Source: Yuukianura sp. NJ FZ-2021
Lineage: Eukaryota
Reading direction: 5' to 3'
DNA: 64,000 nucleotides
NCBI GenBank assembly: GCA_046563655.1
Contig: CM102285.1
Span: 11,656,001 to 11,720,000 of the forward strand
How positions within the stretch are numbered: position 1 is the first letter of the stretch; each line of letters begins with the position of its first letter. Shown here piece after piece: positions 52,501-64,000 of the stretch. The translations under genes were made by a program, and so were the position numbers. The notes beneath the pieces were generated by a model, which was not told the origin of the DNA, ran no database searches, and was given only the letters and a program-made list of their open reading frames with translations.

Positions 52501-54431
52501 CTAAACATTTAAGAATTGGAATGTTATAACAGGAGGATAACTTTTTGATTTTACTTGGAACGTGGAAATCTTGGAATTAATTCCCACCAGCGACCAGCTT
52601 ATTACTGAAGCAGTTTTCTAAAAATGTAAAAATAATGGAAAGGAAAGTAGTAAACGCACAATTTGTTTTATTTTCTAGGGTTTTATGCTGATGGAGTGTT
52701 CAGTGAAAGCAGCAATTCAACCAGAACTTACTACTCACGGGAAATGTACTTTCGTGATCCAAATCGACAAGTCAAATTCAGCAAGCTTTCATACATTGGA
52801 CCAATCATTATGGGAGTGGGGGGTGAGCTACGCAGTGCTCTTGCTTGCTACTATCTAGTTTTTCAAAGGTTTTCACCGAGAAATGTTGAAATGTGTCACT
52901 TCTGGTTTGGGATTTACAGGGTTCATCATCGTGGCGACCTGTGTGATGACCTTTGAGGCCCGTGACTCGGCTGCCAAAGTGGGTCCGGCGGCATATGGAA
53001 CTGGGACGGGATCTTCATCTGCAGGTCGATCCTACCCATTAACGAGTAAGAGTCGTCGTGAAGTTCGGAGTGTTGGGAGTCAGACGCAAGGCTCCTCTCT
53101 CTCCGGCAGTACACTCCAATTATTTGACAGAAAACACCTAATGGATGCTTTTCGAAAGTTTTCCAAGTAAATTAAAAAATAACTTTTCCAATCATTTCTA
53201 GAAAGAAAAAGTTAAGTAGAAGAGAAAATCGTCGGATCAGTAGCAGAGTACAGTCAAGTCTCCCAACAACTTCTGACTTTTTTAAATTAGAGGAGTTGGA
53301 GTCAATTTCTAAAGCAACTTCAGTAACTGACAGTGAAAGTTCAACTTTCAACCTAACTTGGGTTGAAAATTTGTAACAACCCGGAAAAGTTTAGACAAAA
53401 TCACTTCGAAATGTGCTGGCTAAGGATCCCCTGTGATCGCTTCCAATTTGTAAAACTTATTCCTTATTTGTACCATCTACGTTCACCTTTTGAACTCTCC
53501 GAAGCTTTGACTGTACTCAAACAACCTGAACCAAAAGTAATCAATTTTTGATTTGTGTTTACTTTGTAGAACCCTCCGGAGTTCGGCGTCAGTTACGTCA
53601 ATGCAGGGAGACCAGTTTCATCGAAGTCCATCAGCACCATCCCTCCTAAATGCAGCACTTCCAGCACGTCGTGGAAGTGCTTCCAGTTCCAACATATCCA
53701 GTACTCGTCGTTATCTTCAAAAGACAAAACCCAGAATACCTCCAATCCTACGTCAAGCAATGTCCGTCGATTGTTCCCATAGTGGCCCAAATCCACATCC
53801 GTTACTTTCTCCTTCTATGCGACAAAATAGTTCAACCCAGACGCTGACGTTACCTCAGTTATCCAATTCTTATTTATTGAGACACAATCATTCTGCTGGA
53901 AGTCCTAGTAGGTCCATGGCTCATCCCAAGATTCAGCGGGGATTTTACTCAACTTCATCTGAATGCAATCCATCAACAACCAGCAACGTCACGCTCAACG
54001 AAGAAGCTCATGAAAATACTAAAATTCGATTCGAAAACGAACGAGTTCTGAGAAGTGTCAATGCCAGTGTCCACTTTGATTCTGACAGCAGCGACCTTCT
54101 TTCCAATGGACTCCTCCGTAGTCTTAACGTCACGAGACCAAACACGGCCGGTTCCTGCAGTTCCCTAAGAACACTGTCTCCACATCCTAGTTATTACAGT
54201 GAAGACTCCATGGATATTTCTCCAGCCAAAAGTGAACAGATTTCAGTTACATGCAGATCACCAATCTTAGTCCAAACGTCCAAGTTACGTTCTGCTGAAC
54301 TGTCGTACACTCGCCCTTCCCTGTTAAGACAACCGAAAGTTGATTACTCGGAAATTACTGCAATTCCGGATTCAGACGAAGACGAACCCACCCTTGTGCC
54401 AGACGACGATTTAAGTACAATTCCTGAATAA
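49520..54431 (+). CDS. TMEM200: TMEM200/DUF2371-family transmembrane protein, ~487 aa, 5 exons
   Basis: Exons 49520-49627, 50730-50832, 52679-52822, 52920-53166 and 53570-54431; phases 0/1/1/2 consistent, 1464 nt. Two TM helices: CLWHACRALFVGILLFGIGTVMCISGFY and YIGPIIMGVGGFIIVATCVMTFEARD, matching the TMEM200 GP-IMG-G-F...E-RD pattern. Long Ser-rich disordered tail. Confidence 0.8.
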
Positions 54432-54888
54432 TGTTGACCTCAATACTCCTATTAAGTCTAAATGAAAGCGAAATCTTTTTAATTCCTCGGGTTTAATTTT
54501 AATTACTCATATTTTAACTGAAACTAATTTCAAAGTGACGATACATGAAGTACATTAAAAAATGGTCAAGAAATGTAGTAAGATACACCAATTCCTAATT
54601 CCTACGTGTTTTCTCCGTACTCGTTCGTACGACCATAAAACTCGGTTCACTGTCGACCGTATTAATAATTTTCGACCAATTCTTGACAATACATACTAAA
54701 AATTATTCTAAAAGAGTCCGAACAATACGTTTCAAAAATAGTCGTGTTTACATTTTCACTAGGATTTACTTAATCGCTTACGGAGATGACAACGGTTGAC
54801 AAAAAGAGTTATTTCATGTGATGACGATAAGGCAGGTTATAAGCGTTGTAGGCCAAACTCATATTTTTCTGCAGCGTTTGAGTCGCTG

Positions 54889-56456
54889 TTACTGCTCACT
54901 CGGGAAACTGCAAAACTGGGACAGAGATGGACCGTATTTCCCAAGTGGATCACTAGGAAACATGATGAGATCGTTGACCCAAGTGAATTGAAGAAGCCTG
55001 TAGTTGTAGTATGCAAAAATGTATAAATCGGCTTTCTTAAATGTCCAGAAAATGTAAATGATTAATCCAGAATGCCTTACCGATGTGTTATTGTATCCCT
55101 CCATTTTGGTTCTGTTTGAAACAAGTCTTTGTAGTTGTCGTTTGTGATTACAACACCGCCAGTAGCACACGCATACTCCAAAATAAACCTTCAAAGTGCG
55201 AATTGTATACATTACGACTATAATTAACTTAACTTTTCAAATTAGAAACTACATCTCTGTGTCTGTCTGCTGATGTTGCTGATATGAATTACCTATCATC
55301 GTATGATGTTATATCTCGCCCATTGACTTCTCTACTCGGTGTGAATTTGACTATTCCTTGAGCCTCCAGTTTTTCCAGAATGTGAGTGTCAGATGACTGG
55401 GATTTCTTTGTTCGAAATTTGGGTACGAAGCATATGATTTCACTATGCGGAAGGCATTCTTTGACTCGGTTGACACAAAGTTCTAGGCCGCGACACGAGA
55501 ACACTTTCCTCAGACCATGGCTGTAGAAAAAAAGTTATATTTAAAGCAAAGTACTTGTCGGTCGAGTCAGAGGAGTTGGGATGCTGGGAGCATACTTACC
55601 CAATTGCTACATTACTGCCGTCGATTATAATAGGACGCGGTTTGCCGAGGGAACTGCTTGCCGAAACACCGATCGGAGCCTTCGTCGTCAGGAGTGATGA
55701 TGGCGCTACTTGTAATGTAGGAAGAGCTTCAGCTTCGGATGTCGACGATGGGAGGGCAACATTACTGGATTCGGATTGGAAACACGTAGGCGCTGGCATC
55801 ATGTTGTAAGAGAGCCAAATCGAGGAAGATCCGTATCCCTGGATAGGCTGGTGGATAGGCTGGATAGGATTTCGAGGAACTGGAGACTCGTCAGGCGTGG
55901 TCGTAGTTGGTAATGGAATCAATGGTCGCCTTCTAAATTTTCCTGTTCTAGCTTCATCCTCATCTTCTCCAGCCCTCGGGAATTGGATAGTCTTTTTACT
56001 TCCACTTTTGTTGTCCGGCGACTCCGGCCTGTGTGTGAAGTATCGCACGGGACGGTTATTGTTAATCGGTGGTGGAGTCGGGGTCCACCTTGCCAGATTG
56101 TTATTCAATCGCTTCAAAGCCGCTTTCCCGATTTTGCATTTTTTGCCACTAGGCTGGTTGAGCTTGAGACTGCGTCTACCATGACGATGACGCTTCTGGG
56201 ATACTTTTTGCTTTTTCGGCGATACAAGTAGGAGATTAGGTTCTCTCGTCATTGCTGGAGTACCATTAGAATTGCTACGAACTATGGCAACTTTAGATCG
56301 AGTATATAGCGGAGATTTCTTTCGATTGACCTTAGCAGACTTATGAGACCCGGATTTCGATATAATAGCCACAACTTGGCAGTCATCTTCTTCCTTCATC
56401 ATCGCCGTACTCGTAATCTTCTCGTCTATTATTACAATGCTGTCGTCGTCTTCCAT
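54889..56456 (-). CDS. Regnase/ZC3H12/N4BP1-type NYN (PIN-like) ribonuclease, ~433 aa, 4 coding exons
   Basis: Exons 56456-55600, 55520-55293, 55188-55081 and 54997-54889; all phase 2, 1302 nt. RNase_Zc3h12a motifs: RPIIIDGSNVAIGHG..VFSCRG, FTPSREVNG..ITSYDDRFI, GGVVITNDNYKD, RLLQFTWVNDLIMFPSDPLGKYGPSL. An in-frame stop lies just upstream of ATG 56456. Confidence 0.9.
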
Positions 56457-56996
56457 TGTGCTTTTGCCAAGCACAAGGTACTACCAGTGTGTTCGTTCCT
56501 CCTGTTAGGACCACAGGTACTTAAGAATATGACGAATTAAATAAAATGGCCTCTCTGCGTCAAATATGTGTATAAAATATTCACTTACCTTAAGCACTTA
56601 CCTGAACTTCACGATGTCAACGTCAAGCTCAATGTCACAACTGACACCTTAATTGACACTCTTCGAGCTCCGAATACGGAGCAAAGCGATATCTTGCCCT
56701 AACCGCTTATTCAGTTCGGATTGAGCGAGCTCGACACCGACTGTTTGGGAAGTTGGTAAGAAATCTTACGCACCCTAACCCAAATCAATTGCTTTCTTCT
56801 ACTGCGATATGTGTCAAATCAGCAGCAGTAAACAGCGCAGCGGTTGGTTTAGAAGTTCTGATTCTTGATTAGAGGCCTCGTACACGTTTAATGGGTTGGT
56901 CGTTAACTCGTTGCTAGTTTATTATGTGAAGCAGGAAGCAGTACGAACAAGGACATCAACCTAAAATTAAAATCTGGTTAGAAATACACAGAATCC

Positions 56997-57130
56997 GCGA
57001 GAACCCTTTCAGCACCGCAGCACCGCACATTACGAGACGTAAGTTAGGTTTGTCCAGGCTAGGTTAGGTTAGGACAACCATAACATACGCTCCGAAAAGT
57101 GCGGTGCTGCGGCGCTGAAAGGGTTCTCCC
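56997..57130. mobile_element. 134-bp Mutator-like MITE with 10-bp target-site duplication
   Basis: 32-bp TIRs (G[C/G]GAGAACCCTTTCAGC[A/G]CCGCAGCACCGCAC, 2 mismatches) flanked by the exact direct repeat CACAGAATCC (56987-56996 and 57131-57140). The core contains TTAGG-like pentamers. Confidence 0.88.
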
Positions 57131-59211
57131 CACAGAATCCAACCGATTAATACTTTTCGTTATGCTTACTCCCACGCTCACGATGAATTTGGTCCGCCTT
57201 GTGGGGTTCTTACTACTTAATTCAATTATTGTTTATTCTTAGTTAACATACTATAACTCTCTCACCAAGGGTCACGTCAGGTCAGGAGCCAGGACAAGGC
57301 AAAGGCGATTCCGTAAATCAGCTGCCGAATTTTCAGAGTACAGTGAACAAAGGACCCAATAAGTGACCCAAATTAATCGATTTTCTGCAAATCTAACTTG
57401 ACTCAGCAATTAAATTCCGAAAAACATCTGATCCGACACTGTAAATCAAATTAAATTTTAATCAAAGCAATCATTGAAGAGTAGCGGATATGAATTCTAC
57501 TATACTATACCTTATAGAAGTTATATAAATGGCAACTCCAAGTGTATGAATAGTGATAAACAAAAATCTCCCTGTAGATGGTGCGAGCGAACCGAATTCC
57601 ATTGCTGTACCACGCCAAAGAGAAAGCGGAACCTCTTTGAATCGTAGAATCTCCGGTCACCACTTTCACGAAATTGGAGAGTGCACTTTTTAGTACAAGT
57701 TTCATTTTCAATTCGCGTAAACGTAATGTAAAGTTGTAACTAATTGTTTTATAACATAATTTGAATAACTTTTGTCACTTTTAACTATTCTCTCTTAATT
57801 TCTAAATTTTAAGAAGATTAACAAAGTTTTAACAGGAAATCTTTTTACCCACAAAAACAAAACAGAACTTTTTAATCACAACAGGAAAGTTTACTAAACA
57901 TGATGCAACTCCGTGTTGCTAAAGATAACTACTATGCTGAAAAAGCCAAATCAGGCAGAATTTATTTTTGTTTTTGAGATGCCCTTGTCTTGTTGTCAAG
58001 TTCGTTGCTGACTGGCCCGTAGTTGACCTCTTCACCCTGTTACCTCCAAATCCAGAGTCTTTCTTTCATGGAAATCTTCTTTCCCTTGCTGCACTTAAAA
58101 AGTGTCTGTTGTGGACTACGTGCCAAGCCTTGTCACGTAGATAGTCCAAAAGGGCCCGGTTACGTGCACCTCTGCAGACTTACACCTCTTATTCCCCAGT
58201 TCTACATTTGACCTGGAACAAGTTTTAAGCAACGCGAGAGTGACTTTGTTCCCCTTCAATGTTAATTTTCAATACACGAAGACGAGGTTTTAGCAAATAA
58301 CAACATAATAAAAAATTACGACTTCTTTTGTGTTAAAATTGAATAATAAAAGTCACCATCTTTCACGCAACTTTTTTTCTAACTTTCTTTACATTCTGTG
58401 TTAATTTTGACATTCGGATTATACGAATTTTAAAAATATAAGCTTGAAATTTTGTAATAGTAAAAGAATTTCGTTGTTTTTTAAATGTTTACTCTTATTC
58501 TGTATTTACTTCCTCGTCCAAATTATCTAATCGAAATTGTGAAAAAAAGATTACATGCAATTTAGAATTTTGCAAACAATCGCATTCACCACTTCAAAAA
58601 ATGAAAACAAGTACGAAATCGCATCAAAGTCCAGAATTTCAAAAATTACGCCTCAAAAATAACGTAGTGCTATTAGCGAAATCTTTCTATTTATAAAAAA
58701 CTTGGTTTTGTTTTTATCTTTTAGTTTTGTTTCTAAATAGCCTTGGAAAATTGGTGTTTTGATGCATGTCTGTCAATGTTATGTTCATGGCGAAACAAAA
58801 TGCGACTTGGTAGCTCCAGAGTCTAAATATTTCATTGTGTGCTGAACTATAATAATCTAGACTTTTAGCATTTTAAGCTGTTTCGAAATTTCCAAAACTA
58901 AAAACTCCCCGGCTTGGCCGGTCCATCCGTGTCTGCTCCACGCTTGTTTACAAACTTTTCTTATCCTCTTTAGTATTCCTGAAAGCGTTTTTGTTTTTTT
59001 AGCCCTACAAGGACAAACCAAGGAGGAACTGCTAACTGCGCACTTGGAAACAGGGGAAAGCTAAAGTTAGTTGATGAAAAGCTAAGGGGGGCTACGTTCT
59101 GGAAGTAAGTTTGTCCTACCAAGAACAGTGCATACACCGTAGCACGTACATGTAGAATGTACGTGCCACGGGGAACGGATAAGTTTTTGGGTTTTGGGAG
59201 GACGCTGAGGA

Positions 59212-59219
59212 TATTTATA
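59212..59219 (+). promoter_or_regulatory. Candidate TATA-like element for the 88-aa microprotein gene
   Basis: ATTTATA-containing element about 200 nt upstream of ATG 59411. Positional inference only. Confidence 0.25.
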
Positions 59220-59410
59220 CCAGACCAAAACATTCGGCGTCGGCAGATCGATTCCTACCTTCATACAAGCAACATCTTACCAGAAAAACTTCTGAACCAC
59301 TTGAAAACTAAAGAGAAACTACGCAATTCGAAATTTTTCGGAGAAAGCATAGTAAATTTGATCGAAATTTTCTTTGGAAACTTTCTTGTGTGGAATCCAA
59401 GTAAAACAAA

Positions 59411-60190
59411 ATGGTAAGATGCGATTTACGACAAAAAATTTCTGAAAAATTTGAAATTTTTGAAAATTTCAATCTTTAACAAGTCTGCTATGGATCGTAA
59501 CATGATGGTCAGTAGCTTGAATTGAATTTCAAATTTCGAAATTTAGTTTTTATTACTTTCTAAAATGACCATTAATTTTCAAATTTTTTCCTTTTTTAGT
59601 CAAACCCGGAGAACATTCCTGGCGGTGAGTCTTTTTCTCTTCTTGTTTTATTTATGCGTGAAATGCAACTGAATTTTCACTTTGAATCAAATTTTGTGTG
59701 TTGCGTGTGAAAAATAAAAAAGAGGCGCATTTTGCGTTGTTTTTCTGTTGACTCTTTATTCATGATTTCCTTGTTGGTATTTTTAGCTCCATCATCCACA
59801 AAGTACCACTGGTGGTATGACTCCAACAAGGCTGGTGTGAGGTAACGAAATTTTGAAAAAAAAAAATGAAAAATTGCCAATTTGGGACAAATTTTGAGAA
59901 AAAAAAATTCTTTTTAGAAATCCACCACCGACGAACATGAGCGGATCACCGCCCGAGGGTGCACCGCGTCGCTTTTCTTTGACGCAAATGCTGATTGGAT
60001 CTCCGGGTAACTACAAATAAGGAAACTTCAAGAAATTTGCTAATTAGTTCCGAAATGACAAACCTAATTAACAAAAATCTTAACTTTTTCTGCAGATTCG
60101 GTGCCGCATTCACCAACTTTCAATCCGGAGCGTCGTGACAGTATCACGAAGATGTATCACTTGAGTGACTTTGGAACTCCCGATAACTAA
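59411..60190 (+). CDS. Unrecognised 88-aa disordered microprotein with RRxS and SP motifs (5 coding exons incl. micro-exons)
   Basis: Coding exons 59411-59413 (ATG only), 59600-59624, 59787-59841, 59918-60006 and 60096-60190. Four canonical introns (GTAAGA, GTGAGT, GTAACG, GTAACT donors; T-rich YAG acceptors), phases 0/1/2/1 all compatible, 267 nt. Product: MSNPENIPGAPSSTKYHWWYDSNKAGVRNPPPTNMSGSPPEGAPRRFSLTQMLIGSPDSVPHSPTFNPERRDSITKMYHLSDFGTPDN*. Confidence 0.85.
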
Positions 60191-61316
60191 TTCCCTCGCA
60201 TAAAGAAAATCGCAGTCGACTGAACCGGAAACATTTTCTAGAAGAAAGTATTTATATTATTCAGTTTAAAATTATACTTTAGAATTTATGGTTTTCCGGT
60301 TGTAACCGCTTTTGTAACGCTATTAATTTCTTACTACTTAGCATTAGCTCCCTACTATTATTAAGATTTTTGGTTTTTTGAAAACCTATTGGTAAAAACC
60401 GGTTCCAGTTGCGTAGTAGTGCAATATGTGTAACCAGATGGAAAAGTTGCAATTTGCAATATGTAGAAGGTGAAAAAGACAGCAGATTTTGAATAAAATT
60501 TGTAGTAAAATGAAACTAAATAAAAAATTTACGCAAAAACAAGTTGCAAATCATGCTACAATTGCAAAGCAGATTCATTTTCTAAAAATAAAATTTGTTG
60601 AAAACGTGAACAGAGAAAGTTAAAAAGTGCCAAAAGTGAGTAATTCCAAATTGTGCTAATCAAGTTAAATTCCAAACTCCATCGCATAAAGCATCCCAAT
60701 ATTTGTAGGCGTTAAAATTGATATATACGAGTTATAAAAAAGTAAAATGAAGTTAAAACTTCAGTTACTTTCACCTCCAACTTCTTGAAAATTGAGCATT
60801 TTAATTTTTAGATTTGCACTTATTTTACAATTTATTCTCGTTTTGATTTATTTTCAGCATGTCTGAATAAAATTGAGGGGTGGAAAATCAACCCTCTGTC
60901 CACAATTGCGACTTGAATTAAGTGCTAATAATCTTAATTAACCAAACCATCACCACCGCTGATTGCAGCGAATCAGCGAAAAATTTGCAGTTTTTCCACA
61001 AAGTACAAAGTCAAAGCGTCTCTTCTTCTGCCATTCTGCCACCTACTGAATGGAAACCTAACTTTTTGCACTTGTTGTTCCCCCAAGGGGGTTTTGTGAG
61101 GAGATGACGCGAGTGAAGAGCGAACGGTTTGAAAACCTCAATTTTGAATTTTTTTGGGAACGAATTGAGGGAATAGCGAAGTTGGTTTTGAATTTGTCTG
61201 TTCTGTTCTTGTTGTTTACCATGCAGGAAGACCTTATAGCCTCGTACAATGGTGGCGATGAGTACTGTGAGACTAACGAAGCGACAGTGGAGTTAGGTAA
61301 CCAAATAATGGTCAAC

Positions 61317-63002
61317 ATGGCGGAACGATTGGAGGGCTTAACGCCCGGGAGTCGCTATGAAAAATCGTTGGGTCTCCTGACGACTCGCTTCGTGTCACTG
61401 CTACAGAAAGCAAAGGACGGCGTTCTGGATCTGAAAGAGGTAAAAACAAGGTTCAAACATGTTCCCGCATTCTGTACCGCGGTTAAATCAACCCTACTGT
61501 ATGGAGCTACTTTCAAATTAACATGATTTACCAGATGATTTATCAGGTCGATGTAAACAACAAACCGTTAATTAGATAAAGGGAATACTGTTAGTTCAGT
61601 TTGAGTGGAGCATTAATACGAAACGAGTTACCAATGTCACAAATTCGAAAGTTCACATTCAGAGTGAACACGGTTTTTAGGTGTGTCACTCCTATGGATT
61701 GGAAGATCTGGGATAGAATTGCAATCCAATCCAATAGTTAAGTGGTAATGTAAAGTTTGAAGATGTGGAATTGACATGATAAATGTGAAATGTTAGTTTA
61801 CTTTCTTAGATAATTATTGAACACCATATGATACGACGTTGTAAACTTTTAGTAGTTAGCTGAATATTGAATATTTCTAATAGTAATGACTCGTTTTCTA
61901 ATAATGACTCGTTTCGTTGTGTTTCAGGCAGCAGATACCCTAGCAGTGCGTCAAAAGCGGAGAATATACGATATTACAAACGTATTAGAGGGAATTGGAC
62001 TAATCGAAAAGAAGACCAAGAATGCAATCCAGTGGAAGTGAGTTTGACTGTTCTAAATAATAAGATCAATTGAATTGAAGTGTTAAACACTGACTAATTA
62101 TCATTTTCGTTTCTTGCAGGGGAGCTAGTCCTGGTACAAATACAGAAGAATTTGTGGCGAGAGTAGAAAGGCTAAAAGATGAAGTTCGAAAATTAGATGT
62201 GATAGAAAAAGATATAGACAAGCACAGAAAGGTAAATAAGCACAAGCAGTGATTACTTTGCTGCAAAGCTGCAATCTTTCAAAAACCAATCATTCATGAT
62301 TTAGAATGTTACAAACATTTTGTATTTGTTCACTACTAGTGGCTGGAGCAAAGTCTAAAAAATGTAACCGAAGAGCCTGACAACATGAGGTTCGCGTACA
62401 TTCGAGAAGAAGATATGATCGAGGCGTTTCCAGACCAAACAATCCTCACTGTAAAACTTCCAAAAGATGTCCAGATGGAATTACCTCCAGGAGAAACAGT
62501 AAGGAAAACAAAAATCACAATTGCTCGATTGCCACATTGATTTGTTTAGCTCAGGATTTACTTGCCCTTGTTTCAGGTTGGTGATGTTTCTAAGTACAAG
62601 ATTCGATTTAAAGCCACGAAAGAGCCAATATTCGCCTACCTCGTGAATCCTGAATTAGAACCTCCAGGAGTAACACTTGAATTTGCTAAAAATCAAAGTT
62701 CAAACCCTGCCACTGATCCGAATTCGGAAGAACCGATGGAGGAGGATGATGTAGCCGCAGAACTTCCAGATGGCTTTACTTCAACTTCGCGTAAGTTTAA
62801 CTTCATTTTCAGCTATTTCATCTAAAAACTGATAATTTGAGGCACAACACATCTAACCCATAATAATTTTTCAGTTGTCGGTCCCATCCTGCGCCTGAGT
62901 CCACCTCCAACTGAATTAGACTACAGCTTTACTTTGGCAGTACATGAAGGGCTCATGGATTTATATGATCTACGGAAACCAATTAGTTCTACAAGTGGTT
63001 GA
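61317..63002 (+). CDS. E2F4: E2F4/E2F5-type transcription factor, ~281 aa, 6 exons
   Basis: Exons 61317-61439, 61928-62037, 62120-62231, 62340-62498, 62577-62790 and 62875-63002 (846 nt). Winged-helix DNA-binding domain [58 protein letters not shown], coiled-coil/marked box, and C-terminal pocket-protein motif LRLSPPP..DYSFTL...EGLMDLYD. In-frame ATGs at 61308, 61221 and 61104 make the start uncertain. Confidence 0.93.
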
Positions 63003-64000
63003 CGTCTATCACAATATTTCCATCTTGCGCGACCTTCTGAATTACCTTAATTGTTAACTCTATAAGGCACAACTTCTAGCGTGATCTTCGTAACCTGCGG
63101 GTTGAACTATTTTCGAATCAAGATGAAAGTAGCTGGAAGGAAACAGCGATTGGTTATCCAAATTCTTCCAGAACCGGAATCAAGAAGATCGGTACATTTT
63201 CCCAGTCCTTCTCGGGTTTAGGGATTGTCTTTGTCACCTCACACAGCCAATATTACGCTAGTATCTAAGTTTTATTTAGAATGTTCTCATAATGCTTTCT
63301 GTCCTGTTAACTTTTGTAAACAATTAATTTATCTGTTTTAAAAATTTAGAAGAAGAATTAAATGTAAGTTGAGATTTCACAACTTCGCACTTGGAGGTTC
63401 GTTGAACCCAATAATTCAATAATTTTATAGCTAGACAATATGACGCATTTTGTCTTATTATTACAAGTTAGTCTGAAAACCTACATTAGTAAAAGTATTA
63501 TGATAATCTTAATTGTAATTAACTGTTAATTAAATCGTGGTGATAATGAATTATCTCAGGCGTCTTTTAGTTTGGCGCGAGTGGAGTCACAGATGATGAA
63601 GTTCAAAAAGAGCCAATGGGATTTCAACGCATGTGTTAAGCCTTTTTTCTGCATGAATTTGTGACACGACACACAAAACTCATTTTAATTGTCATTTTCA
63701 CACTCAGCCGGTCAGTATCAGTAATTCAATTACTAATCGTAGTTTCTGACGGTCTCTCATTTCCTTAGTCTACAAAGATCTAAATTAAAAGGTCAATCAG
63801 ATATCCAACTACCAAGTTTCGTTACATTCTGTTGGACGGGAAAATATTTTTTCAAGACCCAAGATCTCTCTTGTCGTGTACCGGTCTCATTGAATACTGG
63901 AATTTGAAACGGAAACGACGTTAATCGATTGAAGGAATTCAAAATGAAGCACGTTAACTTTGTATTATCGATACTAGCCGTAACGTATGTCGGATTTGCA

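Noticed and set aside
55555..56231. Plus-strand ORFs of 82-95 aa
   Set aside because: Antisense shadows of the large nuclease exon.
59157..59417. 86-aa ORF MYVPRGTDK...
   Set aside because: Overlaps the likely promoter and 5' UTR of the 88-aa gene, and is out of frame with the downstream exons.
1..64000. CRISPR arrays, operons, rRNA/tRNA genes
   Set aside because: No regularly spaced repeats or recognisable structural RNA. The sequence is intron-containing eukaryotic DNA.

Overview
Eukaryotic genomic DNA: AT-rich, with spliceosomal GT-AG introns, many only ~60-100 nt. Scattered TTAGG-like repeats and the gene content point to an arthropod; the species cannot be determined from the sequence. 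Manual exon assembly, with splice phases checked at every junction, supports eight protein-coding genes. Four are recognisable: a 13-exon, ~38-kb membrane dipeptidase (peptidase M19) on the minus strand, a 5-exon TMEM200/DUF2371-like gene, a 4-exon Regnase/N4BP1-type NYN (PIN) ribonuclease and a 6-exon E2F4/5-type transcription factor. Four are small spliced genes I do not recognise, and none appears whole in the ORF track. Two of these are tandem secreted pre-pro-peptide genes nested antisense in dipeptidase intron 3; one would release a 13-mer disulfide-loop peptide, [13 protein letters not shown], reminiscent of somatostatin. The others are a 109-aa two-TM microprotein and an 88-aa phospho-motif-rich microprotein built from micro-exons. 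There are also two intact MITEs (Tc1/mariner-like and Mutator-like) and a frequent GAAAGT-core motif in the long introns. No RNA genes or CRISPR arrays were seen.
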